A DNA stretch of 64,000 nucleotides, from positions 70,804,001-70,868,000 of the forward strand of contig OZ024744.1 of the NCBI GenBank assembly GCA_964016885.1, in the 5' to 3' direction. The notes beneath the pieces were generated by a model. The model was not told where the DNA came from. It saw nothing but the letters and a program-made list of their open reading frames with translations, and did not search any database. Below, piece after piece: positions 56,700 to 64,000 of this stretch. This DNA is from Eledone cirrhosa (Eukaryota). Position 1 is the first letter of the stretch. Each line of letters starts with the position of its first letter. The position numbers were made by a program, and so were the translations under genes.

Positions 56700-57600
56700 A
56701 AAACACAACACAGTGATACAGTGATAGCCTCCTTCTTGAAAATTGCCCGATCCTTTGTCGTCATAGTTAGAAAGGATCTGGAAACTGTTGAATGGGATCT
56801 AATATCAGCAGCCAAGCGCAAAGCGAACGCACAAGGTCCTAATCTATATATAAATTTGAGCGACTTCCATCCGTCCATCCGCCAATTAATGTGTGAGTAA
56901 AACAGCGGTCGGCGTTCCATTTACTACGCTGTGTGAGTGTATGTGTGTGTTTGTGTAAATGTATGTGTGTGTGTGTGTGTGTGTATTTGTGTGAATGTAT
57001 GTCTGTGAGTGTATATTTTTGTAAGTGTGTCTGTGTTTGCACGTTTATATTTATATATGCATACATATAAATGTATGCATATGTACATACACACACGCAC
57101 ACATATATACACATACGTGTTGAAAAAAATCCTAGTACAATCGAAACGCCTAAGTATGTAAAAAAAAATTCACATCAAATTTCCCGCGACTGTGACTGTT
57201 CTGTGTGTCGTCAGCAACGAGGGAGATGTCACGTTTCCTCATTTTTGTCTTAGGGCTTAAAAGTCAACGCTGCTGTCTATATAGAGGTGTTGGAAACAGT
57301 TGTGAAGTACTGGATAGACAGGGTAAGCAATGGAAGACCGTTCATCTTCCAACAAGATTCCAAACCCTCTCATAAGGCCATAACAACACAAGCATGGATG
57401 CGTGACAATCTCCATGACACCGTTCTTCCAGACGCATGGCCTCCTAGCTCACCAGATCTCAATCAGCTGGAGTATTACGTATGAGGTGTAGTTGAAAGAG
57501 AGGTCAACCATCACCCTCACAACACTATAGAATCTCCCAAATCCGCCATTGCCAGCGCAATGTTCAGTGTTGATAGAGGTCATCTGTTGCCAACGAAGAA
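56700..57600 (+). pseudogene. Tc1/mariner-superfamily transposase relic
   Basis: FIFQQDSKPSHKA..AWPPSSPDLNQLEYYV*GVVE at 57287-57500, with an N-terminal-like fragment near 56700-56830. Confidence 0.75.
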
Positions 57601-58019
57601 TTCATTGAATATATATGATAAATGTATTGTAAATAATATTTGTACCAATTTGTATCTAAATATAGCACTTTTTTTTTTCTTTTGCTGTGCTATGCATCAT
57701 TTTCTAAATTCATACAAAAGTATATAGAATGTGCTCACGCGCTGAAATGCTGTAAAAAGTGGAATAGCAACATCACAATTAATAATTAAGGTCGAAATGA
57801 AGACATACAGACACACAAAAACCAAACTAATAGAATAAACCAGACACACAGAAATAGAACAAACAACCAACTAGTGACCAGTAAATAAAAACATAAATAA
57901 ATAAATAAAAATACACACACATCCGGATGTAACGCATGCGCAAACCAATTACACAGCACACGGCACACAAAAACAAGATGGTATAGGACAGAACAAAGGA
58001 GAGACAAAATAAAATCCAA

Positions 58020-58062
58020 GTCACTGAGGAGGTTACAGAATGCGTGACGAAAGAGCTTTGAC
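58020..58062 (+). ncRNA. Hammerhead ribozyme candidate (related to the module at 46880-47130)
   Basis: gtca-CTGAGGA-ggttacagaatgcgtgac-GAAA-gagc-TT-tgac. Confidence 0.65.
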
Positions 58063-58340
58063 AATATATAAACAACCTGGTCAAAACCAACAGGTACGCG
58101 TGTTTTTATTGGGAGCATGACCCTACCAAAGTATAACAATATCTCTTTCAACACACCTTTTCAGATAAGAAATCTTGCAAACCAAATTATATATATATAT
58201 AATTATATATATATATATCATATATATTCCCAGCGCCTAAAAGTTTCGTACATATATATATATAATATAGAAATAGTTTCTACAGGACTAGAACTGTAGA
58301 AACTATTTCTATATTATATTTTTATATATATATATATATA

Positions 58341-59535
58341 CTATCAATAATAATGAGTTCAAAACTCAGGCAGTCTTTTGCAATGAAATAGTTCAAAGAA
58401 AGAAGTATTTCTGAGCCGTGTAATACAAGTTAATATAAATTAATATATTTGATAAACACAAATACCAACATATTCATGTTTGTATTGTAAATGACCAAGT
58501 TAGCTAGATTGAAATATACTAATAATAATAATACATTTTGCCTGTCTCGATTTAAGATAATAAATCAATAAAAACAAATCATAATGGCAATGGCCGTAGT
58601 GCTTGGACAAATTTAAATTTCAAAATCAAAACTGTTCCGTAGACAGGTTTAAACGTTAAAATCGAAATATGTTTCGAATAATAATGCTTACTGAGGAGAT
58701 CAAAATGCGGTATTCTTTCACTTTTTCATTATTCGAAACATATTTGGATTTTAACGTTTAAACCTGTCTACGGAACAGTTTTGATTTTGAAATTTAAATT
58801 TGTCCAAGCACTACGGCCATTGCCATTATGATTTGTTTTTATTGATTTATTATCTTAAATCGAGACAGGCAAAATGTGTTATTATTATTATTATATTTCA
58901 ATCTAGCTAACTTGGTCATTTACAATACAAACATGAATATGTTGGTATTTGTGTTTATCAAATATATTAATTTATATTAACTTGTATTACACGGCTCAGA
59001 AATACTTCTTTCTTTGAGCTATTTCATTGTAAAAGACTGCCTGAGTTTTGAACTCATTATTATTGATAGTATCACTGCTCCTTTGTTGAGCTGAATTTAG
59101 CCCCATACAAACGGCTGTTATTTCTAGCAACACGAGTATGTGACAGCTAGACACTGGATAACCGCGTGAAATACCATGTGCGTTAATCAGTCTTTCTAAA
59201 TATTTTGAAGTGAAACATACCAATTTTTATAGTGCTTGCTGAGGAGATCAAAATGCGGTATTCTTTCACTTTTCATTATTCGAAACATATTTGGATTTTA
59301 ACGTTTAAACCTGTCTACGGAACAGGTTTGATTTTGAAATTTAAATTTGTCCAAGCACTACGGCCATTGCCATTATGATTTGTTTTTATTGATTTATTAT
59401 CTTAAACCGAGACAGGCAAAATGTATTATTATTATTAGTATATTTCAATCTAGCTAACTTGGTCATTTACAATACAAACATGAATATGTTGGTATTTGTG
59501 TTTATCAAATATATTAATTTATATTAACTTGTATA
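58341..59535. repeat. ~548-bp unit in 1.5 tandem copies, preceded by an inverted ~340-bp copy
   Basis: 58341-58680 is the inverse of 58728-59070; 58690-58986 repeats at 59238-59533. A weak CTGAGGA..GAAA motif lies at the unit start. Confidence 0.88.
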
Positions 59536-59589
59536 TATATATATATATATGTACGAAATATGTATTAATACCTTACTTACTGTGGTTAC

Positions 59590-61300
59590 CGCAGGTTTCA
59601 CATCCATTACATATGTCATGATGTATTTGTGTTGAGTATCTGTTATAGTAATGGCTTGTAATGTAAAGTAACTTAGTGTTATTTAGTCCGTACCGTATAC
59701 TACATTTGTATAGCTGGGAGAATTTTCTACTGTTTAATACCCGGAAGTGGGAATGGAAGTAAGGGGAGCTAATGCGTAAGGGGAGGTAAGTAGCTCATTA
59801 TAATAATAATTAAACTCATTGTTCTAAGGGACTTTATATAGTGTTATAATTGAGGGCCTAATATAGAAACTATATATTTATATTTAATTTAATTTAATTT
59901 AAACCCAGTCTACTCTCTCCTAATACATTAAGGTATCATTATAAAGTTGCCTATCAAGTATTATAAAGTGCCATAATTGAGTTTCCCATACAAATTGTTA
60001 TATATTTATATTAATTTAATCCTGGATACAGTCTACCCTTCCAAAATATATCAGAGGTTTTGCTAGATTGCTGTCTACCTAGTATATGGTAAGCTATGTA
60101 ATACGGTATATCTCTAGAGTAAATAAACACATCCCTTATATACAATGTTATTAATGTTAATCCATACATTTAATTATAGATGTATACATAATTCATTGTT
60201 CCATATTGCATTTAAGTTAGATAAATCCCTTATGTTACTACATTAATCCTATATATACAATGATATTAATTTTTACATTTAATTGAAAATGTATATATAA
60301 ATCATTGTTACGTTTATTATTTAAAGTTTATCCAAATTATATTTCCATTACTATATAATTATAAGTAATCTAATTTTACTATATTAAGGGTATAGAGTTA
60401 TAGGTCGGCTGAATTGTGTAGAGGAAAGCGTGGATCAAAGAGTGTGGTGCAGTGGTGCAATGCAAGCCCTAAAAGTGAAGTGCTAATGGAGGTGCTGAGT
60501 TCAAAACTGAAATTGCTATATACTAGGTTTAAAGCTTTGGAAAGAGTGTCGGAAGCGGTTCTGGCACGATGCAAACACTTCCGATTTTTTATTAAGGAGG
60601 TTAAGGTTCGAAAATATTATAGTATGGGTCTCTAGAAGACAGATGTTACAAAATTTATTAGGGGTTTATACGATGCTGCCCTACCTACTACTTCCCATTG
60701 AAGTATATATGATCTATTCCTAGTTTTCAGATAGTGTATGCAGCTAGATAGTGAAGTGGAGTTGGCTAGATTGTGCTCCCTGAAAGAGTGAAGGTGTGAG
60801 TTGTATCTCATCTTGAAGCAGTTCAAAGTGGAGCCTATATAGGTTTTAGAAGAGTTGATAGTGTTGACCGTGCATGAGTAAATGATGTCCATGATTAAGC
60901 AGTTGTTACCTAAAGGGCAGGTTCTATTAGATCTACAGTTACATTTATTTTGGGTTATATCTCGTCGGTTATTATGCTGTGTAGAAGTCTGGTTGCTAGG
61001 GTTAGTATTAGGGCTATGATGGTTGCCGGTCACAATGTTATTGATTTCAATATTGTTACTACTATTATTACTATTGCTATTAGGGTTAGTAGTTATTATG
61101 TTGTTTCGAAAGTTTCCTTCTTGTTGTGTTTTAATTTGATGGAGATAAGCATTAATTCTTCTTTTATTACTACTAGCTATATGGTATGCTATGTTAGGTG
61201 TGGTAAAGTAGGAGATTTTAATGGTGTTTTTATTTAAAAGTCTATGCTACTTGTGGCCCGACGGGAAGGTTCTTTCTAGGATTGAGAAGAAACTTTCTAG
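59590..61300 (-). mobile_element. Inverted 3' half of a Naiad PLE (GIY-YIG at 60632-61033 plus 3' UTR)
   Basis: CNCRSNRTCPLGNNC..IIYSC..TYIGST. 60280-60725 mirrors 63295-63742. Confidence 0.85.
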
Positions 61301-63742
61301 GCTTGGAAGAAACAATTATCAGCAATTAAATGTTCTAACATAGCTTTGATTCTTGTGTATTCTATATTACTGCTCTGTATAACAAATGATGTTCTTACAT
61401 TGAGCTATTTATCTTACTGGTAATAAGGTAGTAATAAATGACTGACCTTACCTGTTTATAGTTGTATATAGTATATACCTAACTATAAATAGTATCCTTA
61501 ATATTATTAACTGCTCCTCTCTGTTGAGCTAACATACATTAAATTACCAGTATGCTGATCAAGGACTACCTCCCTATGTCTGCTAAGAACATTCCAATAC
61601 CATCCAGAGATACATACGAAAAATTACTGATCAATAGTGTCAACTCCTTTATCAATAGAGTGAGATGGAGGACATTCCATTATGATAAAAACAGATCTAA
61701 CAAAACCGATGATACTAACAAGTTTGAATCCTTCGGCTTTAAAACTTTTAAAAGCCCTCCTCACAACACACTATTAAACTCGTTTGAAAACGATCTAATA
61801 AAACTAGTTAAGAGCATTAAATACACAAACCATCGTAATAGAAACAACACCTTCTTAAGCAAACTTAATTCCACCATTAAAGGATTCAATACAAATAATA
61901 AAATCATTGTACATGCAGCTAAAACTAATAATATATATAGCCTAGATTATGATACATATAGAAAATGTATATATAAAGAGCTACACAGGCGCTATAAGAA
62001 GACTACTACTAAAAACCTAGAAGATATTAATTCGGATAGTGTCTAAACTGGGACTTCAGAGGCATACTCAGCCATACACCCTAACCCCCAAGATTCTCTC
62101 TGAAGGACCATAAGGAAGATTTCATTAGTAACCCTTCGATTAGACTAATCTGCCCTTCCAAATCTGACATTGGCATTATCAGTAAGAAAATTTTAGATAA
62201 AATCATCCCGCAGATTAAGCACAAAGTATTCCTTAAACAGTGTGGAAATACGGGTGAAGTTATTGAATGGTTTAGAGAAATTAAAGAGATCAAAAATAAA
62301 AAATTCATTCAGTTTAATATCAATTCTTACTACACCTCTATTTCACCCATCCTATTAAATAAGGCACTCATTATGGCCATGAACAACAATGACCTGACTA
62401 GATCCCAAATTGATGTCATACTTGCGGCCCGTAAAATCATAATTACATTTGAGGATCAGTTATGGACCCGCAAGGATACGCATAGCAACTTTGACATAAC
62501 TATGGGGTCTAGTGACTCGGCGCAGGTCACTGATTTGGTGGGCCTATATCTACTAAATGAAATTCATAAGAACCTACCATATCTCAACGGTGGTTTATAC
62601 CACGATGATGCACTACTCCTTATAGACTATAAAAAATGTAATATAGAGAGAACAAGCAAACTGTTACATAAAACCTTCAACAACTTCAACTTAAGTATCA
62701 CCATAGACAAACACACTAAAAATGTTAACTTCCTTGATGCTACCCTTTACCTAGACTCTAAAGTATATACGCCTTACCATAAACCTAACGAAAAACTGAT
62801 TTATGTAGACACCAAGTCGAACCACCCTAGATCCATTTAAAACTCTATCACTAAAGGTATTTCTAACAGAATCTCTAATCTATCTTATAAAGAAACCATA
62901 TTTAGCAATAATTCGCAGTACTACAATCAGGCATTAGCTAAATCAGGCCATAGTAATGGAATTGAGTTCCTACCTACAAAATCACATAGTTCCAACATTA
63001 TTTCTCACAATATGGCTATGAGGAATAGCGGTAGTAAGAATAATAACCACCCCTACTCTAACACGAAGGGGAATAACAAGCCCAACTCGCACCATAGTAG
63101 ACACCAAAATATTATAAACAGAAATACCTCAATAGATATAAAAAAGAAAAATAGAAGAACTAATACTTTTTTCACCCCACCCCTTTCAATCTAAACGTCT
63201 CTACCAACTTACCTAGGGCCTTCTTCTCAATCCTAGAAAGAAACTTCCCGTCGGGCGACAAGTACCATAGGCTTTTAAATAAAAACACAATTAACACTAG
63301 GAATAGATCATATACACTTCAATGGGAAGTAGTAGGTAGGGCATCATCGTATAAACCACCTAATAAATTTTGTAACATCTGTCTTCTAGAGACCCATACT
63401 ATAATATTTTCGAACCTTAACCTCCTTAATAAAAAATCGGAAGTGCTTGCATCGTGCCAGAACCGCTTCCGACACTCTTTCCAAAGCTTTAAACCTAGTA
63501 TATAGCAATGTCAGTTTTGAACTCAGCACCTCCATTAGCACTTCACTTTTAGGGCTTGCAATGCACCACTGCACCACACTCTTTGACCCACCCTTTCCTC
63601 TACACAATTCAGCCGACCTATAACTCTATACCCTTAATATAGTAAAATTAGATTACTTATAATTATATAGTAATGGAAATATAATTTGGATAAACTTTAA
63701 ATAATAAACGTAACAATGATTTATATATACATTTTCAATTAA
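61300..63742 (+). mobile_element. Near-full-length decayed Naiad PLE: family A pLTR, ORF start, RT, internally deleted endonuclease
   Basis: SAKNIPIPS..FINRVRWR..FGFKT..FENDL (61552-62046); FDITMGSSDSAQVTDLVG, GLYHDD, NFLDATL, YHKPN (62373-62840); stops and frameshifts. Confidence 0.9.
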
Positions 63743-64000
63743 TGGATGTGAAACCTGGAACTTTCTTATTCTACACACACACATATTCGATCTACACTGA
63801 AAATATCTCAGCATTGCAACCACCATAATATATTAACACACCTGCTTTATGTGCTTGTATTTGTTATGCAACACCCAGCATTCATATATGCTTGATACTT
63901 TTGCCTGTTCAATTGCTTTATGTATGACTAACGCACATACTGTCTCTTTAATTTTATTTATGTACTAGAAGCTTTTAATTGTAATTTTGAATCTTACCCA

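Overview
AT-rich eukaryotic (animal) DNA saturated with (TA)n/(CA)n/(CATA)n/(GA)n microsatellites. The SINE and LINE types suggest a cephalopod (Octopus-like) genome; this is inference. I can support no host protein-coding gene, and almost all ORFs in the track are microsatellite artefacts. The window is a nest of mobile elements: several Penelope-like retroelements (PLEs, mostly Naiad-type RT plus GIY-YIG), an internally deleted mariner with TIRs, a second Tc1/mariner relic, Helitrons, L1/Tx1 and RTE LINE fragments, tRNA-derived SINEs, and a ~600-bp non-autonomous RTE derivative in 4 copies. The most striking signal, read by eye, is about 15 sequence-distinct families (roughly 25-30 copies) of type I hammerhead ribozyme (HHR) motifs. 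Most sit in short non-coding modules that form fold-back inverted duplications and abut (TA)n tracts. Two HHR families can be tied to Naiad PLE termini in this window. The others look like orphan PLE terminal repeats or retrozyme-like non-autonomous RNAs. HHR variants include U4C, a U3-A8 covariation, a U-U at the base of stem II, and very long stem II insertions. Coordinates were counted manually and may be off by a few bases.
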